The notes beneath the pieces are model-generated. The model was given only the letters and a program-made list of their open reading frames with translations. It did no database searches and was not told where the DNA came from. From positions 2,108,001 through 2,172,000 of the forward strand of contig NC_091482.1 in assembly GCF_036971445.1 (NCBI RefSeq): a stretch of DNA of 64,000 nucleotides, read 5' to 3'. Source of the stretch: Narcine bancroftii (Eukaryota). A program made the position numbers and the translations under genes. How positions within the stretch are numbered: the stretch's first letter is position 1; each line of letters begins with the position of its first letter. Positions 24,345 to 36,233 of this stretch are shown in pieces.

Positions 24345-26700
24345 AGGAGTGCTGCTGCCTCCCTGTGGCCGGGGTGTGGGACTGCTGCTCCCCTGTGGCC
24401 GGGATGTGGGACTGCTGCCTCCCTGTGGCCGGGGTGTGGGACTGCTGCCCCCCTGTGGCCAGGGTCTGGGACTGCTGCTCCCCTGTGGCCGGGGTGTGGG
24501 ACTGCTGCCCCCCTGTGGCCGGGGTGTGGGCTGCTGCCGCCCTGTTGCCGGAGTGTAGGACTGCTGCCCCCCTGTTGCCGGGGTGTAGGACTGCTGACCC
24601 CCTGTGGCCGGGGTGTAGGACTGCTGACCCCCTGTGGCCGGGGTGTGGGACTGCTGCCGCCCCCCCCCCTGTGGCCGGGGTGGGGGACTGCTGCCCCCCC
24701 CCCCCAGTTCCTGGGTGTGAGCTGCTTCCCCCCCAGTGCCCGGGTGTGGGCTGCTGCCCCCCCAGTGGCTGGGGTGTGGGCTGCTGCCCCCCCCCAGTGC
24801 CCGGGTGTGGGCTGCTGCCCCTCTGTGGCCCGGGTGTGGCATGCTGCCCCCCCCCAGCGGCCGGGGTGTGGGATGCTGCCCCCCAAGTGGCCGGGGTGTG
24901 GGATGCTGCTCCCCCCAGTCGCCGGGGTGTTGGATGCTGCCCCCCTCTGAGTGGCCAGGGTGTGGGATGCTGCCTCCCCCAGTGGCCGGGGTGTGGGATG
25001 CTGCCCCCCCCCCAGTGCGTGGCTGTGAGCTGCTGCCACCCCAGTGCCTGGGTGTCGGTTGCTGCCCCCCCCAGTGGCTGGGTGTGGGATACTGCCCCCC
25101 CAGTGCCCGGGTGTGGGATGCTGCCCCCCACAGTGCCCAGGTGTAGGATGCTGCCCCCCAGTGGCCGAGGTGTGGGACTGCTGCACCCCTGTGGCCAGGG
25201 TCTGGGACTGCTGCCCCCCTGTGGCCGGGGTGTGGGAGTGCTGCCCCCCTGTGGCCGGGTTGTGGGACTGCTGCCACCCCTGTGGCCGGGGTGTGGGACT
25301 GCTGCCGCCCCCCCTTTGGCCGGGGTGTGGGACTGCTGCCCCCCTGTGGCCGGGGTGTGGGAGTGCTGCCCCCCTGTGGCCGGGGTGTGGGACTGCTGCC
25401 ACCCCTGTGGCCGGGGTGTGGGACTGCTGCCGCTACCCCTGTGGCCGGGGTGTGGGACTGCTGCCGCCCCCCCTGTGGCCGGGGTGTGGGACTGCTGCCC
25501 CACTGTGGCCGGGGTGTGGGAGTGCTGCCCCCCTGTGGCCGGGGTGTGGGAGTGCTGCCCCCCTGTGGCCGGGGTGTGGGACTGCTGCCACCCCTGTGGC
25601 CGGGGTGTGGGATGCTGCCCCACCCAATCCCTGTGGCTGGGGTGTGGGCTGCTGCCCCACCCCCCCCCGTGCCCGGGTGTGGGCTGCTGCCCCCCTGAGG
25701 CCCGGGTGTGGCATGCTACCCCCCCCCCCAGCGGCCGGGGTGTGGGATGCTGCCCCCCAGTGGCCGAGGTGTGGGACTGCTGCACCCCTGTGGCCAGGGT
25801 CTGGGACTGCTGCCCCCCTGTGGCCGGGGTGTGGGAGTGCTGCCCCCCTGTGGCCGGGTTGTGGGACTGCTGCCACCCCTGTGGCCGGGGTGTGGGACTG
25901 CTGCTGCCCCCCCTTTGGCCAGGGTGTGGGACTGCTGCCCCCCTGTGGCCGGGGTGTGGGAGTGCTGCCCCCCTGTGTCCGGGGTGTGGGACTGCTGCCA
26001 CCCCTGTGGCCGGGGTGTGGGACTGCTGCCGCCCCCCCTGTGGCCGGGGTGTGGGACTGCTGCCCCCCTGTGGCCGGGGTGTGGGAGTGCTGCCCCCCTG
26101 TGGTCGGGGTGTGGGACTGCTGCCACCCCTGTGGCCGGGGTGTGGGACTGCTGCCACCCCTGTGGCCGGGGTGTGGGATGCTGCCACCCCCCCCCCCCCA
26201 GTTCCTGGGTGTGAGCTGCTGCCACCCCAGTGCCTGGGTGTCGGTTGCTGCACCCCCAGTGGGCAGGTGTGTGATGCTGCCCCCCCAGTCGCCGGGGTGT
26301 TGGATGCTGACCCCCCGAGTGGCCAGGGTGTGGGATGCTGCCCCCCCCCAGTGGCCGGGGTGTGGGATGCTGCCCCACCCAATGGCTGGGGTGTGGGACT
26401 GCTGCCCCCTGTGGCCGGGGTGTGGGCTGCTACCCCCCCAGTGCCCGGGTGTGGGATGCTGCCCCCCCCCATGGTCAGGGTGTGGGATGCTGCTCTTCCC
26501 ACTGGCTGGGTTGTGGGATGCTGCCCCCCACCAGTGGCTGGGGTGTGGGATGCTGCCCCTCCAGTGCCCGGGTGTGGGATGATGCCCCCCACAGTGCCCG
26601 GGTGTGGGATGCTGCCCCCCCCCCCCCGTAGCCAGGGTGTAGGATGCTGCTCTGCTGTGGATGGGGTATGTGACGCTGCCCCCTCTGTGGCCGGGGTGTG
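24345..26700. repeat. GC-rich ~29-30-bp minisatellite (2.35 kb) with higher-order blocks
   Basis: gtggccggggtgtgggactgctgccccccct units; the block at ~25150 recurs at ~25750. Confidence 0.95.
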
Positions 26701-26729
26701 TGATACTGTCCCCTCCCCATTGATGGCCT

Positions 26730-27290
26730 TCTTGGCACCTTGTGAAGCTGCGGGACCTATTTACTGCGTCCAGTGCTCCCGTTGTGGCCGTCTCTACATC
26801 GGGGAGACTGGACACAGATGGGGAGTTCACTTCACTGAGCACCTTCACTGTCCGTATCAGTGACAGGGATCTCCCAGTGTCTGACCACTTCAATTCCATG
26901 GCACACTCCCACATTTGTCCATGGCCTCGAGAATTGTTCCACCAAGACCACCCTTAAAATGGAAGGGCAACATCTAATTTTCTGTCTGTCAAACCGGGCT
27001 TCAACTTCTCCAATTCCTGCTGGCCCACTCCCCGTTCTCCCTCCCTCTCCTCCCCCTATTTCCTTTCCTCCAGCTCTCCATTCACAGAGCTTTCCCACTC
27101 CCTGTTTGCTGCTGTGCCCTCCCTCCCTTATCCACCTATTACCTCCTCCCCATCCCTCTCTCCCCTCCCATCATTTTGATCAGGCACCTGCCTACATTTG
27201 CTCACCTTGATGAAGGGCTGAAGCCCAAATTGTTGGTTCTGTACCTTTATCATTGCTGCATGAAGTCCACTCTCTGACCTGCTGAGTTTC
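26730..27290 (+). mobile_element. Penelope-like retroelement 3' part (GIY-YIG endonuclease remnant)
   Basis: IYCVQCSRCGRLYIGETGHRWG.HFTEHL and DLPVSDHFNS. Confidence 0.8.
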
Positions 27291-27299
27291 CCCAATATA

Positions 27300-27555
27300 G
27301 GGGCAACACGCTTGGTGTAGTAGTTAGTGTAACATCATCACAGCGCTAGCTATCGGGACAGGGGTTCGAATCCCACGCTGTCTGTGAGGAGTTTGTTCGT
27401 TCTCCCCATATCTGTGTGGGTTTTCTCCGGGGGCTCTGGTTTTCTCCCACTGTTTGAAATGTACCAGATGTGTAGGTAAATGTGGTGCAAATCGGGCGGC
27501 GTGGACTCATGGGCCGTAAGGGCCTGTTACCGCACTGTTTAAATAAAATAAAATT
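27300..27555 (+). mobile_element. tRNA-derived V-SINE (HE1-like)
   Basis: A/B-box-like head (tggtgtagtagtt, ggttcgaatccc), V-domain-like gaggagtttgttcgttctccccatatctgtgtgggttttctccggg, A-rich tail. Confidence 0.75.
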
Positions 27556-27681
27556 AAAATGTTGCTTTCTGCCCCTCCTGTGTGGCCGTCTCGTATCCAC
27601 TGTGGGACTATTCCTCGGGTTAACAGTTTCCCTGATGCCCCTCCTATAGACTCTGGACCATAGAGGGCTTCTCCGGTGAAG

Positions 27682-30600
27682 ATGAACGGCATTATCTGGT
27701 GGATCCAGAACAGATTCCAGTCCGTCCAACACTTGGGTTCGGACCTTCTGTCCCAGCACCTGGCACAGGATCGGAACCAAGTGGTGTTGCTGGTGAGTGG
27801 CACAAGGGCACGTTCCACTCCCCCCCCCCCCCCCACCTCCAACAGCATCCTCCAGCCTGCTTCACGGCACTGGGGGGATGGGGTAAAATGGTAGCGGCAG
27901 AGACTGGGGTGGTTGGGCGGACAGGTTCGGGGATTGCCAGGGGACACAGGGATGGTGGGAAAGGAGAGGGGAGGGTGGGGGGATATCGGAGGAGAGACCA
28001 GATCCTGGCAGAGACGTCATTCAGTGACACCTTGCTGGGGGCTGGGAGGAGAGGCTTTGCGAGATATGGACAGGACGTGAATGGGCAAGGACAAGGCAGA
28101 GGTGCATCTCCCCATATTGGTGGAAAGTATTTGAAAAAGTGAGAATGTAAATGGTCAGGAGGGAACAAGGGGCTGCAAACAACTGGGAAAGGGAAGAGGA
28201 CAGAGGGGTGGGGTGGGGGGAGGGAGGGGGACGGGGAGGTAGGAGGAAGTGCGAGGACGAGGAAGGTGTAGGAAGGGGAGCACAGGCTGACAGGTGAGTA
28301 CCAATGGGGTGGGCTAGAAGAGAGCTGTGGTGCTGGGGCAGAGGGGGAAGCTGTGATCTTGGATGTGGATTATTCTGTCTGACCCCAGCCTCATTTAAAC
28401 TGCAGCCCCTGGGTCACCCTCCTGGACCCGGCTATGATGACTGGGGCAAAGGTGCTGGAAGGACCTTTCAAATTGCAGGGGAAATTGCCAACCTGGTGAT
28501 TTAAGGGGGAATGCACCCCTGCATTGACAAGTCACGTACTTACCGGAAGTACTGCTTGATGTTCGGGTGTTGGCTGGCTGGTGACACATGCACACAAGTG
28601 ATGAGGTCACCAGAATAAGCAGGTCGGCCATTTTCCTTTTTAAATCGCCCATGGACATGACCCAGGTAAATTTAACTGGGTTCCCTGACAACCTCTGAGG
28701 TTGGTCAGGGACCATTTGTGCTCTGTTGGGGTTGACTGGGTCTGACCCTTTCTAACTGCCGTGTAACTAGGGCACTAACAGGGAAAATTGCCCTGCTAAC
28801 CCCATTTTACACAGCAGGTTGAAAGGTCCTGGTGAGACGTCCCCTCGGCGGGCAGGTCCCCTTTCTCTCTGGATTGACATGCTCCAATTTACGGTTCTCG
28901 TTGTTTTGCACCTTGAACGAATATACTCTTCTACACGTTGTCTACAGTCCAAATGTGTTTATTTTCTCCCCCTTGCTCGCAACACCTTGTGACAGACACA
29001 CATTCCTAATCAAATCGCGGACTGCCTCTCCTGTCAAACACCTTCATGAGACCGACCAAGTTACCCATATGTATTCCCGAGACTGACGACTTTTCTCGGT
29101 TCAGTGTTCCCCTTCTCACTGGCAGATGGGTCCTGTTCCTGTCCGATCCACTGTCCATCTCCATCTCGCCAGGGAGATACATCCCACACCTCAAGTTCAA
29201 GGATATTGTCACGTGCACAAGATGCAGTGAAAAAACTTCATCATGTGAGCAGACCAGGAGCAGAAATAGGCCATTCAGCCCATTGAGTCTGCCCCACCAC
29301 TTAACCACGAGCTGATCTATTTCCACACTGCCCAGCCTTCTCCCCATAACCTTTATTCCCCTGGCTAATCAAGAACCTGTCAATCTCTGGCTTAAATACA
29401 CCCAATGACCCGGCCTCCAGAACTGCCTGTGCCAACAAATTCCACAGATTCACCACCCTCTGGCTGAATAAATTTCTCTGCGTCTCTGTTCTAAGTGATG
29501 CCCTTCAATCCTGAAATTGTGCCCTCTTGTCCTGGACTCTCCCACCGTGGGAAACAACCTTTCTATATTTACTCTGTCCATGCCTTTCAACATTCAAAAT
29601 GTTTCAGTGAGATTTCTCCTCAATCTCCTAAGTTCCAACGAGTTTAGACCAAGAGCCGTCAAATACTCTTCATATGATAACCCTTTCATTCTTGGAATCA
29701 TCCTTGTGAACCCCCTCTGAACCCTCTCCAACACCAGCACATCCTTTCTTAAACAAGGAGCCCAAAACTGATCACAATTCTCCACCTGAGGTCTCACCAG
29801 GGCCTTATAAACCCTCAACATCTCATACAAAGTACAAGTAAAAGATGGTTGAGTTACAAGGAAAGGTTAAACAAGTTAGGACTTTATTCTCTTGAGAGTA
29901 GAAGAATGAGAGGAGATTTGATCGAGGTATTTAAAATTATGAGGGGGACAGAGTAAATGTAGGTTGGCTTTTTCCACTGAGGGGAGGTGAAATACAAACC
30001 AGAGGACACAGGTTAAGGGTGAAAGGGGAAAGGTTTAAGGGGGAACTTCTTCACACAGAGAGTGGTGGGGGTGTGGAATGAGCTGCCAGCTGATGTGGGC
30101 TTAATTTTAACTGAGAAGTATTTGGACAGGTACAAGGATGGGAAGGGTACAGAGGGCTATGGACTAGGTGCAGGCCACTGGGACTAGGAAGGATAGACTA
30201 GAAGTGCTGAATGGCCCATTTCTGTGCTGTAACATTCTATGGAGCAACAGTAATATGAGTGAAATATATTTGGGAGTGATTCAGGGATCTGATAACAGCA
30301 GGAACAAAACTGGGTGAAACACGAAAGTCTGCAGATGTTGCAATAAAAACACACAGAAAAGGTGCAGAAACTTGGCCAGTCTTTTCAGTGTCCATAGGAG
30401 ACAAAAATCTATTGCTGACATCCCCTCACCCACTCCCTCCCTCCTCACCCACTCCCTCCCTCCCTTCGTACCATCCCATTCTGCACTCCCTCAGTCCGCA
30501 CCATCTCCTCACCCACTCCCTCCCATCCCACACTCTCTCCCTCCTCACCATTCCCTCACCCACTCCCTCCCTCCCTCTGCCCCGTCCCATCCCGCACTTT

Positions 30601-31652
30601 CTCTGTCCGCACTGTCCCCTCACCCACTCCCTCCCTCTGCACCGTCCCCTCACCCACTCCTGGGCAGAGGCAACCAGCAAACCTAATCCTTGAACCTCTC
30701 TTCTCACTCTGGCCGCAGGACGTTCGGAGTCTGGCAGAATATGAAGTCAGTCACTTGGAGGGAGCCATCCATGTTGACCCAGAGACCAGTGACATGGAGC
30801 AGTTGGTCAACGAGCTGGGACTGGCAGGTAGGAATCCCCCCCTCCCCCGTCTGGGTATCCGCTGTTCTCCCCCTTCCCTCCTCCCCCCACATGGACAGGG
30901 TGGGGGTTGGGGGGGTTGCAGGGTGCGGTTGAGCAGAGTTGGGGAATTTGAAGAAGGGGGTGAGGTGAGGGGGTACAGAGATTTGGAGAAGGGGGGTGAG
31001 GGGATGGGGGGGCCAAGCATGAGGAGGATGGGTTGGGATGAGGGGGCTGGTGAAGGGGAGGAGGGGGGTGATGTCAGGGAGATGAGGTTGGAGGGGTGAG
31101 GGAGATAGATGGAGAGAGGGAGGGGTGGCAGACGTGAGGTAGGGGAGCAGGAGATGGAGGAATGGGAAAGGTGAGACGTCAGAATGAGGAGGGGGTAGTG
31201 AGATGGTGGGAGCTGAGTGTGTTCTACTGGGCAGGATCAGTGAGATGGGATGGAGAGGGGGTCTGTGTGAGGGGAGCTGAGGTTGTTCTCACCCCGTCCT
31301 CCACCAGATGCCCTCAACCAGAAGCCCCCCTGACCAGACACCTCCCACCCCCCCTGGGCCAGTAGCCCCCTCAACCAGACGCACCTGATCGCCCCTCTCT
31401 CCAACAGGCAGAGCGGCAAACAGCCAGGTGGTGTGTTACTGTACAGTGGGCTATCGTTCGTGCATGCTGGCAAAGCGCCTAGCACCCTTCCTGCCGTCCC
31501 TGAGGGTCTACAATCTGGAGGGTGGGCTGGTGAAGTGGGCCAATGAGAGGAGGTCCATTGTGGACAGCAGAGAGCAGCCCACCCGACTTGTACACCCCTA
31601 CAGCAGCACCTGGACCTACCTCCTGAAGCCAGCATTCCGGGCACAGATCTGA
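27682..31652 (+). CDS. Rhodanese-like domain protein, copy C (154 aa); exons 27682-27792, 30719-30827, 31408-31652
   Basis: Intact spliced ORF (111+109+245 nt): MNGIIWWIQNRFQSVQHLGSDLLSQHLAQDRNQVVLL|DVRSLAEYEVSHLEGAIHVDP..|GRAANSQVVCYCTVGYRSCMLAKRL..RVYNLEGGLVKWANE..LVHPYSSTW; canonical CxxGxR loop; AATAAA at 32318-32323. Confidence 0.88.
29245..29825 (-). mobile_element. CR1 3' portion
   Basis: YKALVRPQVENCDQFWAPCLRKDVLVLERVQRGFTRMIP. Confidence 0.85.
29850..30240 (+). mobile_element. CR1 3' portion
   Basis: [28 protein letters not shown]-type sequence followed by 3'UTR. Confidence 0.8.
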
Positions 31653-32384
31653 GTAGGGGATGGGGAGCCGCTGGGATTACAGCAGGGAGTCTGGGATTGG
31701 GAGCTGGGCGGATGGGGCGATCCGAGAGCATGATTTCTACTGATTTCTCATCATTGCATTCGCTGGAGACGGAGTGGCACTCGGTGGTGACGAGATTGGT
31801 GCTGCTAAACTAGGAATGACCTTGAAGCAATTATCGATCAGCCCCAGAGCAGCTCAGACAGAGATAATGCTAGGTTTCGGAGGGCTGGGTTTGTGGAGAA
31901 CCAGCTGTGCAGCAGGAGGGTGTCATTAACATCAGGGGAAGAGGGCAGAGTCCGTGGATGTGGGAAGCCGGTCTGTGCACGGCCTTGGATCCCTGCCTGG
32001 CCAGAGGCCGGCGGGGGGAGAGACAGTTATCAACCACAGTTGGGGCATCACTGAAGACACTGGGCAATGCCTGGAACAGCTAGAGCCTCGGGAACCCCTG
32101 GATCAGCTGGAACATTCAGAGCACAATTCTAGACCATGAAATGGGCTGGTGGGGGAAAGGCCAAGGTGGGAAGTTTGTTGATGTGGAGGGTGTCTGGGGC
32201 CGGGCTGTGGGGAGTTAACAAGTAATTGTTTCACTGACCAAAAGACTTGCTTCTTTATTAGAAAAATGTCAGGAATGTTAAGTTCAATCACTGTGAGGTA
32301 ATGATCACTGGAACCTCAATAAACAAGTGGCTCCCTGCCCTGACCTGCCTTGTCTCGATATTTACATTTTAAAATCTCACATCA

Positions 32385-32580
32385 CAGCGCGGTCAGAATC
32401 GAATCCCGTGCTGTCTGTGAGGAGTTTGCATGTTCTCCCCGTGTCTGTGTGGGTTTTCCTGGGGGTGCCAGTTTCCTCTCACCCTTCAAAAACGTACCGG
32501 GGGGGGGGGGGTGTAGGTTAATAGGGCGGCACGGACTTGTGGGCTGAAATGGCCTGTTACCATCGACATTTAATAAATAA
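32385..32580 (+). mobile_element. V-SINE
   Basis: gaggagtttgcatgttctccccgtgtctgtgtgggttttcct core. Confidence 0.75.
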
Positions 32581-32738
32581 TTTTACTTTAAATAAATTTA
32601 AAATTCACCGGCTGCACTAACATTGCTGGATTTATTTAGCCACCAACACGGAGGAAGATGCTCCTGCCCTTCCTGCTGTGATCCTTGGATGGCCTTGGTC
32701 CCTGGGACCTTGGCCGCCGGCTGGATAGATGTGCGACC

Positions 32739-35700
32739 TCACAGGGAGTTGGAGATGTTGGCCCAGGTGGGGAAGGTGTCGAGCTGGAACATGGCCTTGC
32801 CCCAGGTGTTGATGGCCAGGGTGATGGACGCTACCCCGATCAGGTTGAGGACGAGACCGGCCTTCACCTGCAGAGGCAAACACTCGTTATCACCTACCTG
32901 GCCTCGGACTGTCGAGAGTTGGTCTCTGAGATGGAGAAGGAAGAAGAGGGTTGCCAGGGATGGACCGGGTGAATTGGAGATCGGGGTAGAAGTTGACGAG
33001 CTCATTGTGGGTGCAAGAGGCAGCCCCAACGTAGTCGATGTCATGGACGACGTGGTGATCTCTCGCCCTCTGCCCCATGAGCACAAAAGCTCTGGGGACA
33101 GGGTGGAGCCGGGTTAGGTGGAGTAAAGGCAAGCGAGATGGGGAGAGGGCAGATGAAGTGGGGTTGGGTGGGTTGTAGGGGTATTGGGTTGGGTGAGGAC
33201 AGCCTAGCACTGGAGCTGGTGGGGGACGGAGTGCAGTGTGTAGGTGAGGGGGTGGGGAGGTGAGGGTGGAGAGGGGATGAGCAGTGAGGGGGTTGGGGGA
33301 TGAGGGGGTGGGATGGCGAAGGGGATGAGCAGTGAGGGGGTGGATCACCCCTTTACAGTAACGACATCACATACACAAATACACGGAGCTAAACCACCTC
33401 CCTCCCCCCCCACCCTTCAATAACACGTCACCACAGCGTGAGGGGGAGTAATTGCGACTGGCGACCCAGTGTTCCCGGAACTCGGCCAACGTACGGGCAA
33501 GCTCGCCCCAGACCCTCAACTGCCCACCACCTCAGCCTGTGAACAGCTAGCTCGTCCAAGCCCAACAGCAACCCCACAAGGAGATCGACCTGGGAGCTTA
33601 GATCAGGAGCGCGGAGCTGAAGTGCAGCCAGAACCTGAGGAGAACCCCCTTCTGGTGGGCGAAAAGGAGCTGCAGCCTCTCGCACTCAACGCACACGTCC
33701 TACACCGACTCCTGCTGTAATGGGGGAGGACTCCTGCGTACAGACACCTCTACTGGGGTTCCCCCTCCTACATCCGGCTCCCCTGCCACACACTCACCAT
33801 GTCAGAAACCTGGAGGTGGCCGTAGGAGAAGACGATGGCATTGGGTGGAGTGGCCACCGGCAGCATGAAGGCCAAGGAGGTGCTGAGTGTGGCCGGGATC
33901 ATCACATACAGGGGATTCAGTCGCATCAAAGTGGTCTGGATGGGAGAGAGAGCAGGGTCCGTGAGGGGTCCATGTGGGGTTAGTGTGAGGTCAGTGTAGG
34001 TAGAATGTGAGAAAACTGTCCTCGCCCATGTCCTGGAGTTCTGTAGCAGGAAAGCAGGCTGTTCGGCCCGTCTCCTCCATGCCGAAAAAGCCCTCATCCA
34101 GCGACTCCCACCTGCCTGTTCAGTCCTCATCCCTGGCCCAGCAGCTCATTCCATTCACCCACCACCATGTGTGTGAGACAGCCCCACCCTGGGGAACAGT
34201 CTGCAACCTTTCACCTTGTCCATGTTCCTAGTGTAGTCCTCCTACCCCACCCCCGCCCCCCCGCAGGAGGAAGTTCCCAGCCCCTCCTGACAGCCCGAGC
34301 TCCTGCAGCCCCGGGAATATCCTGGTGAACTTGTCTGCCCCGCGTTGAGCTCCCTTCTCCCTCCGCACACCAGCCCTTACAATCCCCCTGACCTCACCCA
34401 CACCTCCCGGACACAGCCCAGGGGAGGAGCTGAGACCCACCATGGAAGCCAGGATGGGAAGGAAAATGGTGGCCGTGGCCACGTTACTGGTGCACTCGGT
34501 GAAGGTGACGATCAGCAGGCACAGGATGACGGCGATACTCCACGGGGGCATGTTTTGAAGTGGAAGCAACTGTGTTCCCAGCCACTGGGAGAGGCCCGAC
34601 TCCTGCAGGAGGGAGAGCAGATCTCAGTGTTCCAACCCATCACCCCCACCATCAGTGGAGCCTCCAGCCTCCCCCCCCCTCCAGCCGCCCTGATCTTCGT
34701 CCTCCCGCCCCACTGTCCATGACCTTTGTTCTCCCTCCCCACCGCCCCGACCTTTGCACTCTCACCTCTCCTTCCAGCCTTTGCCCCATCCCATCTCTGC
34801 CCATGACCTTTGCCCTGTCCCCTCCCTGCCCCTGACCTTTGCCCTGTTCCTGACCTTTCTCCTGCTCCATGTCTTCCCTTGACCTCTGCCCTGTCCCAGG
34901 CAAGGCCCAGTGAGGAGATCAGTGCCCTCTCCAGCAGGCCATTCCCACACCCACAGGCCCAGGCTGGGCGTGTGAGAGTCAGGGGGTGATGAGGTGGGCC
35001 TGGACACCAGGTGCTGTCCATGGTCCAATCATGGGAGAGGCAGTGTGGCCATGATCATAGTGAACGGTGGGACAGTCTCGAGGGGCTGAGTGGCCTTCTC
35101 CAGCCCCCAGTGCCTTGTGTTGAACCTTCGATAGATGAAAGGTTCACAGTTGATGAAAAGTGGGTGGTGGGAGTGAGGTGGGTATTAGACAAGGGCAGCG
35201 CTGGAAAGGATGAGTGTGCTGTGTCTGGGGAGGTCCAGCACCTCTAGCCACACCTGCAGCTCTGCCCTGCACCCTGGGAGGCCCCAGAGGACAGAACTGA
35301 TCCACAGCTGTTCCTCAAGCTGAAGGAGTGTGATCCTGTGATAAGTTGGAGGTGGAATCAGTCCCCACCCTGTCCTCAACCAGCAGGACCTGGGAGTGCA
35401 CGGGTGTTGTTGAGCCCAGGGAGAAAATGATGATCGTTTCTCCTTGGTGCCCTGCTAATGACAGGCCATCAACAGCAGAACATCTCGTTAGTGTGGAGAC
35501 GAGGAGGTCCGCCTACTGCGGTTCACACTGGGATTAGCTGTACACCAGGGGCTGTTGACTAGACTTTGGTCTGTTATTTTGGACTGTTCAGAATCAGAAT
35601 TTATTGTCGTGAAAAAGTCATGAAATTCATCCTTTTGTGCCAGCGTCACAGGGCGAATGTTCATAGAAACCACCATACAAAACAAATACAAATAGAGCTC

Positions 35701-36195
35701 GAAATGTCAAAGTCAGACAGTGTCATCGGTTCATTAATTATTCAGGAACCTGATGGCAGTGGGGAAGAAGCTGTCCTTGTGTCACTGGATGCTCGTCTTC
35801 AGGCTCCTGTACCTCTTCCCTGATGGCAGAATGAAGAGGGCCTGGCCTGGGTGGTGGCGGTCTTTATAGACGTCCTCGATGACCAGCCAATTCTCAACAG
35901 GGCCCCTATAGCCCTCTGGGGGGGTCACAGCACATCAAAGCCTTGTTTTCACCTTGTTCAGGTGACAAATATTTTTAATCTAGTCAGAAGAAACCAACTA
36001 AACTGGACTGCTTCACCCTGTTGACAGGTCTGTCGTGGTCCCACGCCCACTGCCAGACTGAGATCACCCACAGATCGGAGGAACAACACCTCGTCTTCCA
36101 TCTGGGCCCCTCCAACTGGATGGTATTAACATCAATTTCTCCAGTTTCTGCTAAACCCTGCTCTGCCCAATCCCCCCCCCCACTTGTTCTCTCTA

Positions 36196-36233
<38 letters not shown>

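Noticed and set aside
24211-26914. Very long ORFs (793, 840, 512, 493 aa), some Cys-rich or keratin-associated-like
   Set aside because: They are translations of a stop-poor GC-rich minisatellite and are open in several frames on both strands; no splice or coding signature
27300-27375. tRNA gene
   Set aside because: The A/B boxes belong to a tRNA-derived SINE head followed by a V-SINE core; no cloverleaf is evident
31308-31333. Alternative acceptor for exon 3 of rhodanese C (ccaccag|ATGCCC)
   Set aside because: Gives DALNQKPP-stop; the 31408 acceptor keeps the full domain
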